Notes: a model not told the origin generated them from the sequence alone. 64,000 nucleotides of DNA from Cenococcum geophilum (GCA_050273025.1 CP158636.1:5518001-5582000); one strand, 5' to 3'; shown: positions 40,190-54,883, counted from the stretch's first letter. Program-made: numbers and translations.

Positions 40190-40608
40190 CCTTTTATTCT
40201 AAAACAAATTCCTAAATTAGCCGTTATTCCTCCTTAGACGGCTATCCGTGATTAAGAACGCTTTGCAAAAGACAACATTTACTCAATATTTCACGTCTAT
40301 AGAACGCCTCTCCTTTATAGCCACTAGTCCCGCCGACTTGCCCGGTCGCATTTCTAGCTATATAGACTATATCCGCTAAGGCCGGGGATAAGGCACTTAG
40401 TGGGGAATAGGAGACGATCGGAGGTTATATATTTGAGATAATGGAGGATATAACTATAACATTTAAAGGCGGATTATGTAATATTAAAGACGGTAAAGGG
40501 AAGCTAGTTAAAGCTTTAGGTATAGAAGATAAATAAGTAACGAGAGAGGTTCTTGCTAGGTATAAATGTTATATAATAAGGGCACGGATTAAGTTAGAGA
40601 AGAGGTAG
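40190..40608 (+). pseudogene. Small RIP-degraded hypothetical gene
   Basis: Read-through ..GE*ETIGGYIFEIMEDITITFKGGLCNIKDGKGKLVKALG..REVLARYKCYIIRARIKLEKR*. No family name could be assigned. Confidence 0.4.
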
Positions 40609-40679
40609 TAATAAGTGGTAACCTAAAGTAATATATACTACTCATTTATAGATAAGAGTTAATCTCTAGCTTTTTCTAT

Positions 40680-42065
40680 GGTATTTTCTAAAAACTCTAA
40701 AGTATTTAGGTCCCCTAAACCGAATAAATTAAAAATGTTCTATCTATAACCGTAACCGATTTTAAGTACAATAAAAGCGTCCTTATTATTCTTTTTTGGC
40801 ATATATATAGATAGGCAATTTATAACTACTAGTCCTCCTCTTTCCTTTTCCTCTCTTTATAAATTGCTCGTCCTTATTCTGGTGCAAAATAGCTTAGGGA
40901 GGTTTTTAATTATATGGCGTCTCGTAAATAAGAAAGAAAAGTACTGGCCCTGTCCTGGCAATATTGGATATCCTATTAATATTAACTATAAGTGATATCT
41001 TATTAAGGGTTGTTTATAGACCTAGAATCTGCTATAATTCTAACCGGGGACGCTTTAATAATGGTTTATCTGTAACTTAATAATACGCTAGTATAGTGGC
41101 GCTAGAAGGACTCTTAGGAGAGGCGTTTATCTTAGATAAGCATTAAACACACTAGATTTTAGAGAGAGGTATTTAACCCTTTTTTTTTAGATTATCGGAC
41201 GAGAGAGCGCTTTCTTTACGCGGTAAATCTCCCTCTAAGATAAATAAGTAGTTAGTTAATAAGCGTCTAAGACTGGCATACCGAGCGTTTAATTCGCGTC
41301 TTAGGAAAGTAGAGCTTTAGAATGCCTCTTTAGTAACTAAGCGTCTTTAATTAGTGTTAAGTGTTTCTCTAATAAGAATTATTAACAATTTGTTTAAAAT
41401 AAAAGGTCTTTTATACCCGTGGAAAGATTAACGTTAGAAAGAGGATGTTTTCGCAATGAAGTACTCCTTGCGTCTAGATCTGTTTTATAAGGTTGTAGAC
41501 TAAAGGCTAGTAAATGCGTCTTAGATAAAGGAGGATGCGTGCTTTACGATCGGCCTTACTCTATTAAGAATTAGCAATAAAGTTATTTAGGATAAAAGAG
41601 TTTCTCTACTAGTGGTAATAGTCACCTATAAAAACTAACTTTTTTAAGATAATAAAATTAAAGCACTAATTAAATTAGCCTTATAAAGTTCCTTTATAAC
41701 CATAGCCAGTCTAAGTAGGTACGGGGCAATCTCCTACTAACTTTAAATTTTAGGTAAGCGGGTCTGAGGCGCTATTTCACCCAGCTTTAAGATAGATACT
41801 ACTAAGGTAAATAAGAGAAATACTTTAGGACCTAAGGATCGGAAAACATCTATTAAAAGTTCGCGTGCTTATAGCCTTATACTATAACGTAACGATAATT
41901 ACTTCGCCAACCTTTCTGTATCCTCTCCTAGTAAATTATAATATAATTTAAATGTATAATCCTGGTTTAAGAGTAATAAACTCGTATTATTATTAAATGT
42001 TACTAATTCTTTTTTAAGTTTTTTGATTAGCCAGTTATTCCATTTTATAGATTTTGAGGATATAG
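40680..42065 (-). pseudogene. RIP-degraded hypothetical gene
   Basis: Read-through (M)SSKSIKWNNWLIKKL...RL*ARELLIDVFRSLGPKVF.., continuing with a probable intron near 40830-40870. Confidence 0.5.
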
Positions 42066-42799
42066 TAAAACTAAAGACGGATAGATGGGACGGGGACAAG
42101 AAGGACAAGAGGGGATAGGAAGGACAAGAGGGGACGGGAAGGACAAGAGGGGACGGGAAGGACAAGGGCGAAGGCAGAGATTTAAAGGACAAGGCAGGGC
42201 GGGATAGGCGGGACGGGACGAAATGTGGCGGAGCCTAGCGAGTTTGGACCAATCGCGGCGGCATACCTACAGTTATTTCTATTCCGTATATGCTTTTTAC
42301 TTCGACTAAGATATTTGCCTAGCTCCTATACATTAGATCTATAGAATTTATGTAGCCTAGATAGGTAACGGGGTCCTAATTATATTCCTTTCTATATCGT
42401 TTCTAGTTTAAATAATATTAGATAGCCATAAGCCTCTACTATATATATAACTGCGTGTCTATCGCATCTCCTTCTACGTCGCTCTAGTGCCGGAACTAAG
42501 ATACTAAATACGAGCCACGGCTCTATTTCTGCAGTTACGGCGGGATTATACGCCTTTACTTAGTTAAGTTCTATGCTATATTAGAAGCGATATTAACATA
42601 GCGTCTCTTAGAATAAATAAAGGGAAGTATTTATATAGCATAAAGCGGGTTCTAGTAAATATTCGCGGCATAGTAGCAGCTTAAGTCCTATTAAAGGGTA
42701 TAAAAGAAGGCGGATCTTTTAAAGAAACAATACTATCTATACTTAGCTCCTTACTCCAACTTTATACTTTAGATTAGTGTTACATTACTAAAGCTTTAT

Positions 42800-45297
42800 A
42801 GAGTAGCAATGCTAGTTATATCTAAGCCCGTTACGCCAGCGCCTTTACTGCCTTACAATAGTATAAACACCCCCCCCGGTAGCCTAAGCTAAACGTATCT
42901 ATATTATAAGCAACTAGCGCAGCTTTTTCTCTCTTAAACGCTTATAACCGTGTTAAAGATACTCTAGGTAGTCTAACCTCCTCCACCTCCTCTACTTCCT
43001 CTACCTCCCCCTACGAGTTTAGGGGTTAAAGAGATACCCAAAGTGAGAGGTTTTAAGGTTAAAGTTAAGGCGTTAAATAAGATATATGCTTACGAAATCC
43101 CTAAAACATACTTAGAAATACGCTAATACAGCGTCTACTATAGCTGGGATAAATAAAGCTACTAATATAAGACCATAGAGACTTCGCCGGATACGTTAAG
43201 TAAGCGTAATATATATAATTAGTATATTTATATTCTTAGGAAGAAATTTGGTCTGTTTCTTAGGTGCCTTTAAACATATTAACTTAGATGCTAACTTTAA
43301 GCTAGAAAAGGATAAAAAAGACTATAGTATATACCTAAGCATAAATTTAGGAGAAGTAAGAGACGCCTTATAAGTGGTGCTAAACGGTATATAAGCCATC
43401 TCCCTTTAGGAAGATAAGCCTATAGTAAGTGGACCTTTTTATAGATATAGCTAATTCTAATTTAACTTCTAGATTCCTACGAACCTTATATTTAATTTCT
43501 TACCCTAGTTAAAAACACACTAGGAGAGTCTTTCTCCTGACTTAATTGGCGCTAAGCACCTTTAGGGGTTACTAAGATTCCTTAAAGACCATTTCGCGCC
43601 TATAACTAATAGTCTCCTATTGCTTCTAGACTATAGCGAAATTAATTTCAATCTCCTTTAGGCCTTATTTAAACCAAATATATACGTCTTTACGATTTAC
43701 AAAGGCTTAGATTAACTAAGATGCCTTATATATAATTTAGGCAACTTTAAAACCTTACTTTTTAGTAAAAAGAGCTTCGAACTTAACTGTTACTATTTTA
43801 GCTATAATAGGAAGGCGTTTAGCGAGGTAAAAACCACCCTCTCTATTCCGGAATTCCGTTTAACTATAAAAATTACGTCTTTTAAGGTATTTCCGCTAGA
43901 GTATTATAAGAGGTAGGCCGAGATAAAGTAGGATCTTATTAGTAATGGCCGGAAGTTTATATCTTTAAGAGGCATTAACCACCGTAAATATAAAGGGATC
44001 GCGTTTTTCTGGACTAAAGATGGCCCGTTAAGATTTTCTATAAGCGGCTGTATTAGAGTGGACGTAATAGCATTTTATTATTAGAATCCTAACTATAGTA
44101 AGCAACTAATCGCTATAGATATATACGGAATTGGCGTGTACAATTAAGGGACTAATTGGTAAGGCGATATAAAGAATTAGGGTTTAGTTCCTAAGGAGAT
44201 AGGAGATAATAAATACCTAATCTGTCTACTAACAGCCCTAGCCTTTAGTTTAGTAGATAAAAAATAGGGTTAGGCTTTTTATACTCTTTTTTAGAGCCAA
44301 CGATGTACTAATATAAGCACTAATAGGTGAATTTGCTGTTGCTAATATTAAGGACATTAATTGGAATGCCTTAGCATTTAAGTCACTTATAATTAAGGAG
44401 GATAAGAAAATGGTGCTTTAAGGACTTATAAAGAGCTACTAGTCTAGGTCCGGGAAATTAAAGTTTAATAATATAATTAAAGGGAAGGGGAAAGGCCTAG
44501 TTTTCTTACTATAGTAAGTTTTCTAGCAAGGCATTGGCTGTTTTAAAGGCTAACCGTTTTAGTGGCCCACCTAGGGTAGGAAAGACGTTAACAGTTAAAG
44601 CACTTGCCGAATCTCAGAGGAGACCCCTCTATATGGTTTGTTCCCCCTTATAAGTGTATTTATATACTAGTTTAACTATAAAAAGGCTTATACGGGAGAC
44701 CTTAATATAGATCTAGCCCGTTTAGAACAAAACCTAGCTTTAATAGTTAAAAACGTTTACTGCTAGAGCGCTGTCCTTTTTCTAAATAAGGCCGATATCT
44801 TTCTTACAGAAAGAACTTTAAATAATATCCAACGTAATAGCCTAGTATCCGTTTTTCTGTAATAGATGGAGTATTTCTAAGGCATTATATTTTTTATAAC
44901 AAATAGGATTACCGTATTTAATGTAGCTATATAGAGCAGAATATATCTTATACTTAGATATAACGAGCTAAAGAGATTAGTAAAAGAGTAAGTATGGAAG
45001 ACATTTCTAAAGTAAGCCGATACTGCTCCTAATATCTCTAGAAAAGATATAGAGTAGCTTTTAAACCATTAATTAAACGAAAGACAGGTAAGGCAATATT
45101 TAAGTAAGAGTTTTGAGGCTAGTGCTAATATACTATATTAGATTAAGAACGCTATATAAATTGGTTATAGCTTAGCTAAAAGTAAAGGAGAGAAACTTAT
45201 ATATAAGTATTTAAGAATAACTCTTATGTTAAACTAAGATTTTAAAAGTGACTTTAAAGGCGCTAGATTAATTAAGAATTTGAACTTATATGCGTAG
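42800..45297 (+). pseudogene. Fungal AAA+ ATPase pseudogene (GKGKGL..LL.GPPGVGKT type)
   Basis: FNNIIKGKGKGLVFLL[intron]GPP(G)VGKTLTV, Walker B AVLFLNKADIFL.ER, RNSLVSVFL..MEYF.GI.F..TNRI..F.VAIQSRI, NERQ[intron]IKN. There are 4 recognisable introns. The 5' boundary is approximate. Confidence 0.92.
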
Positions 45298-45499
45298 ATT
45301 TGCTTATATATATATAGTATTAGCAAATACGTTTTGTAGAACTTGTAGCTAGTAGTATTAGTATTTATTACTTTCTTGAAATTATAATTATGGATAGCTT
45401 CCATTCCTATAAGGATATAAGCCTATATACTTATTTGCTCCTATAATAATAAGGCCTATATAGTAGGTAGTAATGCGGGCAAATTGCTTATAGATTTAA

Positions 45500-46190
45500 G
45501 AATAGGAGAATAGAAGCTATAGGGCATTGGTTTCTATAGGGGAGTGGAAGATATAAGCGTTAGTTCCCGTAAGGAATTAAAAGCTATAAGGCGATAAAGA
45601 AGGCGGGTATTAATCCCTATAGAGAACCGCAAGCTATAGGAGATTAGTTTCCGTAGGGGAGTGGAAGAAATCGCTATTAGTTCTTATAGGGAAGTAAAAG
45701 CCGTATAGGAGTAGGAGCTATAGGGTATAGTTCTTATAGGGTAGTAGAAGATACGGTTACTATATACTAGATAATAATTTTAGTTTAGGATATAAGAACG
45801 AGAGCCGTAGGGGATTGGTTCCCGTAGGGGAGTAGTAGATGTGGCTAATAGCTCCTATAGGGGAGAAAAAGCTATATAGGAATGTAAGCCGTAGGGGATT
45901 GGTTCCTATAGGGCGGCGGAACACGTGGGTATTGGCACCTGTAGGGGATTTGTTAAAGTAAGGGATTTGTTAGAGTAGGGGATTTGTTAGTATAGGGGAT
46001 TTGTTAGCGTAGGGGATTCGTTAAAGTAAGGGACTGGATCCCGTAGGGGATTTATTAGAGTAGGGGACTAGTTCCTATAGGGCGGCGAAATACGTAGGCA
46101 TTAGCTTCTATAGGGGATTTGTTTAAATAGGGGACTTGTTTAAATAGGGGACTTGTTTAAATAGGGGATTGGTTAAAGGAAGGGATTTAT
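45500..46190. repeat. Degenerate tandem repeats (18-bp GTAGGGGATTTGTTAGA-type units and longer GCCGTAGGGGATTGGTTCCCGTAGGG units)
   Basis: Directly visible; on the minus strand these read as Pro-rich EPIPYG-like peptide repeats, possibly a degraded repetitive ORF. Confidence 0.75.
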
Positions 46191-46472
46191 TTTTTTATGG
46201 CCTCTATTTAGGCGGTATAAGGCTGCTTTTAATAGGCTAGGGAGTAGATTGCGTATTTTGTAGAAATATAAAGCCTATATAGGATGGTAAAGTATAGGGA
46301 CCTAATAATCTGGCGGAAGATTAGGTTATTTACTTTCTTAGGTTTATTTAGCCCCAGCGACTCGCCCTACGCTATTTTACATACGTTTTGACCAAGGCTG
46401 CTACCTAGCCTTAGCCGCCTAAATCTTTTATTATATTATGGAAGAGTACAGGACAATGAAATATTATTCTAT

Positions 46473-48861
46473 CTACTCTACTAATACCTTTAGATCCTTC
46501 TGTGCTTACTAGAGTATCTTCTTTATCCTAGAATATAGCTCTAGATTATCCTTTTCCTACCTCCTACTATTTAAAAACACTACTTTCCGGAGCCTATTAA
46601 CCTAGGGGACTAATAACTAATAGTACGGCGTAAAGTACTCCTCCGCTATTTTAATAAAATCACCTTTATAAGCTACCTCACCTTTTTTTAACTTAGCTAG
46701 CTCTTTAGTATCTATATAATTCCACTTCTTAAACCTTAGGATAGGCTTACGCTTCTTATTTAGACCTTTGTAATAAATATATATCTAGAAAAGCACTTAG
46801 AAGAACGACTCTAAATTATACCTAAAGGAGTGTTTCTTGCCTAGAAGCACTTCTATAGCCATAAACGCTCTCGTATTAGTCTTACCCCGTGCTCCTAAAG
46901 GTCCTTCTCGCTTCTCTTTAATCGCGAAATCGAGATTGATTAAGAATGACTTCCAGGAGGGATTGTCGTCTTCCTTGTTTATTAAGAGGTTGCCTATTAA
47001 AATGTTATATTAAAGGATGCCAGCCTACGTATATAAAGACTTATATCCTTTAATGCCACCCTTTAGCGTAGTAAGCATTGTAGTTAGAGAGCTTGCTTTA
47101 TAAAGAGCCTTTCTATAGTCGTAAGTGATAACGCGTTAATATACCCGATTCTACATAATAGGGCGCTTAATTGGAGAGCTTAAACATGGGCGCTTGTTGG
47201 GCGGTAACGGGGCGTTAGTGTAGCTGGACGACCTCTTTCTACTAGTGCTTTAGCCTTTCCTTACACTACCTTATACTCTAGCTATACTTAAAGGCACCAT
47301 TAGGCTTTTAGGCTTGTAGTTTATCGCTTTAGTAATATCCAGCCCCTTATGGATATTAAAGATGTTATTATCTTATCCACCTATATAAACAGTCCTATAG
47401 TGATAGTACCTGGCTATATTAATTACTTCTTTCTCCACTACCTTATATAGCAGTTTGCCTTCTTTCTTACGCTCTAGGTACTGCTACAAGTCTTTAATAA
47501 TAAGAGGTATCTTAAAGGTGTTATCCTTATAGTACACTTTCTAGCAAGTTGTCGCCTGACCGGTAATGTAGGGTGCCCGCTTTATAAGTTCGTTAAGGAT
47601 AAGACGCTTAGTCTAATTGTTGCGCATGACCTCAATATATCGTTTGCCGTCTAATGTTAAGATGGTAGAGTCGAACCCAAGCTGCTCTTTATTTATTAAG
47701 AGAAACCCTAATATTATTAAGGTAAATTGTAATCCGTTTTTATTAATATTAAATAGTGATAATATAATACCTCCTACCCGGTTATACTCCTATAGCCGCA
47801 TAATAGATTTATAAAGGGTAAAGCTTAGGATAAAGCGATGAGTGTCCTAAGCGGCAAAGACTTCTCTTATATATTTTCCTAAATCAAACCATACCTATAA
47901 GGCTATATTGGTATTTAGATTACTTTTTAGCTCTCCTAGTATAAGTATATGCGACTAATAGTATTAAGAGCTTTCGCTGGCTATTAGATTATCTATAAAA
48001 CCAATATTTAGCTTTTGCTTTGCTGTAGACCCTTATAAGGGCTGCTTAGTGTGTATAATAAGCGTTTATTATATCTTTAGGGCGGACCTGTGCTCCTCTA
48101 TAAAGCCTAAAAATAATTTAATTAGGTTATTAAACTATACCAGGACATTATCTTGCTTTGCGCTTTTAGGCCAGTTACGCCAGCCGCCCTTAGCGTATAG
48201 TGGATTGTTCCCTTTCTTATATTTCTTAAAAACGGCAGCGCTTGCCTTTTTAAGACCTTCTACTCCCCTAAAGAATACTTTATATAAGCTAGGAATCCCC
48301 ACGTAAAGAGGGCCTAGCTCCTCCTTTAGAACATGATCTATATATTCCCTACATTTGGACAAGTTGGTAAAGCTGCTTATATTACGTAGATGCGGGGTTT
48401 AAATATAGAGTGGCAGCGGTTGGGGTAGGGGGGTGGACTCTATAATAGTAGCGTATACCTTTTCCTAAATAACCTTGTCAGATTTAATGCGGAGGATTAT
48501 ATTTAGAAGAGGTAGGAACCGCTTAATATCGAAGTCGTTAAAACCAACCGCTAAATTAAGTCTTAATAGATTAACAAAAAGGCTTTTATTGCCGCCGTTA
48601 GATGGCAATAAGTAAAAAGCGTAAAGGCCTTATAGAGCTAGTATTAGATTAAGCAAAATATTCTTTAGTTCTGTAAGCGTTAGATGGAAACTTATAACAG
48701 GTATATTAGCAATTACCTTTATTACCTATTTGGTGTAATGAGTCTAAAGAGCTAGAGATGTTTAGATCCTAATAAGCTAAGTTAAATGAATTACAAAAGT
48801 CATTTAGTCCTTCTCTAATAGGTTTTGTTTTAATTATCCCTAATTTAGAGAGATTTGCCAT
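46473..48861 (-). pseudogene. Fungal-specific protein kinase (FunK1 / Pkinase_fungal) pseudogene
   Basis: ATG at 48861; R.TPHLRN.SSFTNLSKCREYIDHVLKEELGPLYVG; GIL..NI.IGNLL; SFLINLDFAI; G.T.TRAFMAIEVL...HSF..NLESFF.VLF.I; C-terminal FTPYY..LVP.VNRLRKVVF. Confidence 0.93.
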
Positions 48862-51759
48862 TACAGGCAAACGCGCTAAAAGCTATGTTAGGAGGGCCGA
48901 TGTAGTAAACAGGTAGGTAGGCGGGAAGGGTAGATTAAAGATACTAGTATATAAGGACGGTATAATAGCAGATAAGTATAGGGAGGTTAAGAACACATTA
49001 GTCACGTTTTATAATGAGGAAATGACTAGGGAGAAAAGTATAAGGAAGAAAGTAAGGTGTAAGCAAACGCGAGGATTAAAGATTGGGCGTGAAAAAGTCA
49101 AGCTGACCTAACGCGGCTTAAACTTAGGCTTCGCAGGGCTTAGTTAAATACTAAGCCATAATGGGTAGGTAGCGTTTTCTGGTCTATAACTGGTTATACT
49201 TATTGGTTTTAGTTTGTTTCGCGACGTATAAGGCTTTAATATAGCGGAGCTCTTATATAGCGAGGCTAAAGGGGCGCTTAAGAACGCTAATAAACGACTA
49301 CTAGTCTTAAAATGAGCTAAATCTAACATACTAAATACGGATACAGTTAACCTCTTTTTACAGCGGTTAATTAACCTATTTCCTAAAAATAGGTTCTAGT
49401 CCCTAGAACTGGATCTAGTATACGCGGACTCCCCCTTTACTGGTATATATTGTAAGGGAAACGTATTATTATTACTGTCTCCTTGGCAACGCCTTATTTA
49501 TTCCCTTTAAAATATAACCCTTACTAGTGTCTATTTTATATAGGTGATAAGTGTTTATCTCCATTTATTTACACTAGATATAAAAATCCCCTATAATACG
49601 CCCCTTAGAATTAGATTAAATTGATAGCAATTTCCTCTTAAGTCGGTTAGGTTTTAATATGTCTTATTAGCTCTAGGGCATTGTAGACCTTATTACTTCT
49701 TTAAGAGTAGCTAACCGTAATAAGCATTGTAGTAAAGGTTGTTCTATTAATTATAGTATATAGCTATAAGCTTCGCCGTCTTCTGCTTATTGCATTAATA
49801 GTATATAAAACTAGTAGATAAAGCAAGCCGATATAATATCCATTTACCTTACGGTTTATATTACTTTACTACTTTAAATAAGGGCGGCACTATATTTTGG
49901 TTGTTAGGTTCCTAAAGGATTCTAGTAATATTAGTGTCTTAGGAGGGCTCTAAAGCCATTTTCTTTATAAGAGGATATATAGATAAAATATACTGAATCT
50001 TAGAGGGCAGTAGGAGTATAAATACCGCTCCTTATATTTTTATAACGCTAAGGCCGAAGAGCGGAAATTCTTAGGTATAACTAAATTGTAATTATATCAA
50101 AGCTTGTCTATAACCTAGGCTTTAAGGCGTATATCCTTCTCTAATATATCCTATAGCGCTTGGTATTTGTCTAGTAATATACAAATACGCTTTTAAGTAT
50201 TATCCTACAATTGGCCTTAGTAGTGTAGTTATATAAGGCTAAGCAGGCGGCGAATATAGTGAAAAAGAGGTTGTAAAAAAGAGGCGATAAGGACTAAGCT
50301 TAGTTAAGTCTGCTAACTTATTACTAATTAAGTATATAAATGCGGCAAACACTCGCTATAAAGGGTAGGGCTAGTTCTAGCTTAAATCTAATATATAAAT
50401 TTCCTTTAATAAGCAAACGATATAATAACTAAAGAGCGTACTATTTAAGCTAATAAATTTCCTCCTTAATTCTGCAGACTTCTCTATCCTTAGGTTAAGC
50501 GTTCCCTTTTCCTCTTAAATGCCGTAATCTTATTTCTAGCCTTTATAACCCGTTTATCTCCGTAATCTGAAGTTTTATTACCGCTTCTCTTAAGAGTATG
50601 GATTTTATTTTAAAACTACTTAATAGTATCTCTTATTTTTTCCTGGTTACTTTTTAGGCTGTCGATCCGATCGTCAACCCTCCCTAGATGACTTATAATA
50701 TAGCGGTCGTTATTTTTAAGGCTGCTAACTTTCCCTTTAAGTTGGCTAAGCTTATAGCTAAGTTGATTAACTAAGCTACCTAGTCTTTTTATCGCCCCTA
50801 ATAGAGTAAGCTAGGGGTTAATAAGCTTTATTAGAAGGAGTTACTAAACGGACTGTATTAAGACGACTTTTTTATCTCGTTAGTGCGGGATAAATATTTC
50901 CTTATAGTTCCTTCTGTATCGGCCTCATTATTTTCTGAATTACTTTTACGTTCTGGTGCTAACTGGATATCCTACTTATGTTAGTAAGTTGGCGAATAGA
51001 TAAAACTATAGGGAAGCAACTATCGTATACCTACCCTACTGTATTAACGGCCTTATTAGAGCCCTTAGGATTAAAAGCAAGCGGTATATCCTAGCTCTAT
51101 TAGCGGTATCCCGTAAAGGATTTAATGTTTAGAGCGCACCTTAATCTAATATAATGTAGTATCTACTATTATGGCGTCCAAGTCGTCCGAGTCGCTTATT
51201 ATTAAAGAGATAAGGTAGCTAATAGTTTAAGTATCTTTATAAGAAAGTAAGGAGGGATTTCCTTAAAGGATACTATGCTTAATATAGGTCTAGTTAAAGG
51301 ATATAGAGGCCTTTTATATCCTGCTTCTCTCTATTGCTTAGCTAATAGAAGAGCTAATAGTGGGCTCCGCTTTAACTATACCTTAAAAGTTAAGCCGATT
51401 TACTAACTTAGGGATACTAGCATAGTATTATAAATGCACTATAATACAGCTATAATAGGAGCATAATCCTTCCCCGTCTATACCCTACTTTACTGTGCCT
51501 CTATAGGAGGGTTATATTAAACAATAAGGGCTAGCATTAACCCCTTTCTTCTAATTATTTTAAGATGGCGATATTAAGGCAGCTAGTTAAGCGTTACTTT
51601 GCATAGCAATACCTATTTAGTTGCGTGGCTTCACCCAAGCCCTATTATATACCTTAATGTAACTTCCTATTGCCTTAATAACTAACGAGCCTAGCCTAAG
51701 GTTAAGATAAGGTAAGTAGGTAACTTAGCTTTTAGATAGCCCCAATAGTGCAGTGTCCG

Positions 51760-52115
51760 GAGGCGTTTATATAAAGTTATAAACTAGAACCGGAAGCCAA
51801 TAATAACCTCCTAATAACGCCTTACCTAGCAGGAATAGCATTATATAATCTACTCCTAATACCCACTCTTTATAAAGCAGGACACTACCTAAGCAGTAGA
51901 CTTATCTTAGCCAGTTAATCTTATATATTTACTCCCCATCTATAGTAAAGGAGCTATTAGTACGTTATAGGGTGGTTTAATTGGCATTCTAGCTAAGCCC
52001 TTTATAAGCACTCTACCTTATATAGGCGGTATAACAACTCCTATTAATCTGCTTTACGTTAAGGGAGGACTTGTATTTAAGACGCTAAGCAGCCGGTACT
52101 TAGAGGCATATAGAC
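51760..52115 (+). repeat. ~355-bp dispersed direct repeat, copy 1 (pair: 56972-57324)
   Basis: Colinear from GAGGCGTTT.TATAAAGTT.TAAACTAGAA to CTAAGCAGCC.GTACTTAGAGG...TAGAC. Confidence 0.92.
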
Positions 52116-52330
52116 TTACACCCTTATTTATACGTTCTACCGCGTCCTCATTTCTATAAGTAGTTGGTTTACTTTTCACTTATTATTTATCTATTAGAAC
52201 ACTCCATCTTCTCCTTTTTTCACTAGCTGTTCTATCTAGTTATTAACGTTAATCCTCCTCTCCTCCATAATAACTATTCTGGAATTTGCCTTAGATCCTT
52301 ACTTGTAAAATTAACTGGAAAAAAAAGCTA

Positions 52331-53979
52331 AATGCACTATTATAGATTTGAGCTGTTAGTGTTGGCCTAAGTACCATTAGACTTCTTAGTCTTTGTTATA
52401 TATAGGTGCCCTCTAGACTACAAAATCGCCCTTCTTTATCGTGCTCTTTCTAGGAACAATTAAAAACCGTACTTATAATAGCATATTTAGATCTAGCAAC
52501 ACTCTTAAAAGCCTATTAAGCAGCCTAGATAAGGTCTAACGATAAACAACCTAATAAAGAGGCCGGTATAGGCCTGCAAAACCCCTTATATCTTAAGCCA
52601 ACAATTAAAGAAAGGTAGAAAGTAGCTTTAAAGCGTAATATACCTACTAAGGATTAGGTTCGTGCTGTCTTATTCAGCTTATAAATAAATATACTTCTTC
52701 TTACCGTTCCTATTAGCTTTATAGTTAATTATCTTTACGTTAACGGTATTACTATATTTATCGTTAACTTTATTGCCATTATTCCGCTTACTATAATGCT
52801 TAATTACACTACTAAAGAGATTGCGCTCCGCGCCGGTAATATATTAGGTGGTCTTTTAAACGCAACTTTTAGGTACATTTCTCCGCTTCTTATTTGTCCT
52901 AATATTATTTAATATTTAGCGCAGAAACACTATTAAATTAATTGTCTCTATTTTAGCCCTAACTAAGGGCTAGATTACTATTGTCAAAACTTCCTTAATT
53001 AGCAGTATACTTTCGAACTTACTTCTTATCCTTAGCATATACTTCTTCTTTAGAGGCATTAACCGGATAGAATAATATTTTAATATAATAGTAGCAAATA
53101 CTGTAGCTAGTCTTCTAGCTCTATCCGTTGGCAGTCTAATTATTCCAACCGCCCTCTACTTTACGCTATTAAGTAAGTTTAATAATAGCTTTAGACCTAT
53201 AATAGATACTAACCTACGTAGCTATAAGCCTTAATAGCTCTATACTTAATCGGGAGCTTTCCCGCAGAATAGCTATTATCCTCCTAATTATATACACTTG
53301 CTACCTTATATTTTAATTAAAGTTATATACCGAAATGTGTAATACTCTAAACTAAAGGGCTTTTAAGCGTAAATCCTTTTAAGTTAAGCAGGATTTAAAC
53401 GCAGAAAAGGAAGACGACGAGATTAAAATGCCTAAATTAACGATCTAGGGTGCAATTATAACCCTTAGATTCTCTACTGTGTTAGTTACCTTTTGTTCTA
53501 AGTTTATAGTTAATAGTATTAGTAATGTTATAGTAAGCGGCACTATCTCCACCACTTTTATTAGTCTTATTTTACTCCTAATTATTAGGAACGCTGCCAA
53601 GTATATAATAGCGGTTATAGTAGCTTGCAAGGATAAAATAAGCCTAGTAATTAATATTACTATTAAATCTAGCATACAAATCGCCCTTCTAGTTCTCCCC
53701 TTTATTGTTATACTTAGTTAGACCATAGGCTAGGATTATATAACGCTTTTATTTAATACCTTTCTAATCGCTGTTTTATTTATTACCGTGCTCCTAGTAA
53801 ACTATCTTATCTAAAATAGCAAATCTAGTAAGTTTTTCTTTCTATATAGGTAATCCACTCCAACTAATACTAAAATAGACTGGCTTAAAGGCGTTCTTAT
53901 TATAGCAATCTATGCTATTATTATAGTTGCCGGCTGGTTTTATCTAAAACAAATTTTAGATCCTCTCTATCCTACTTAG
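52331..53979 (+). pseudogene. Vacuolar Ca2+/H+ exchanger (CaCA family, VCX1/CAX-like) pseudogene
   Basis: AIIPL...KEIALRAG..LGGLLNATF, SILSNLLLIL, ASLLALSVGSLIIPTA, LILLLIIRNAAKY (=LPIIGNAAEH), SSIQIALLVLP and KS[intron]WLKGVL; 3 introns. Confidence 0.93.
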
Positions 53980-54559
53980 TTTAAGCCTTTAATTACTATC
54001 TTACTCCTCTATTAGTGTTAACCAGTTTCTATTACCTAGAGCTAAATAGTATTTTTATAAGCTGTGTGCATAGCTTTCTAGCAAACCCTAGGCTGATCTT
54101 TTTATATCTGTTAAGCCGTCTAGGTTAGCTAGAATGTTGCTTTCTTTTATCTTCTCTTAAAAAAAAAAATTTTCTTTAAGTCGTTGCAAAGTTTATAGGG
54201 GTCTTTATACGCACTAGTATCCCTTAACCCGTTAGTAGAGGGAAGGCCTATACGCGAACACTAATAAGCACGGCCACCAAATCCTATTAATTTAATTGGT
54301 AGACTCTTATTGATAACCTACGTGCCTAAGTTAACGGGTTAAGGTCGAATAAGCTGGGTAATCGTGCGAGCTAGTCCGCCTATAAGCTACTCTATATACT
54401 TTCTCTATGTAATCCCTTCCCGGAGATACCAAGACTGCTACCTAGTTACGCAGCTACAGATGGCGACTTATATAGTTCGCTCACCCATATAAAGTTAAAT
54501 GGCTACGTAGAACTCGCCGCCGTACACCCACTCCTAATTTCACCCCCAAAGAGCCTGCC

Positions 54560-54883
54560 CCTCCTCGCCGTAGCTGGGATTGACGTAACTGTAATTTGCG
54601 ACGGTACTTTGGGGTATATATCCTCGTCTAAAACTCGTTTTAAGGCCTTCTTAAGATCCTAGGAGCTTAAATACATCCCTCTAATTGGCGCTCTACTAAA
54701 GTAGACATAGTCTTAGTTACTAATGAAGGTAAAGACCGAGCGCTTAAAAATACTAGTTTCCGAATCGGATATATTATAGAGGCTATGCAAATCTCTAATA
54801 GAATTAACTTGTGGCCCTTTATTAGGTCTATTTATTGTCTATAATGCCTAAAGTGTTCCCTTATTAGTTAATAAGGAGGGCAT
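54560..54883 (-). pseudogene. N-terminal fragment resembling a fungal Ser/Thr kinase-like family; kinase domain not seen
   Basis: IFKRSVFTFISN*DYVYFSRAP....LSS*DLKKALKRVLDEDIYPKVP, a pattern recalled from the N-termini of accessory-region fungal kinases. Confidence 0.35.
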
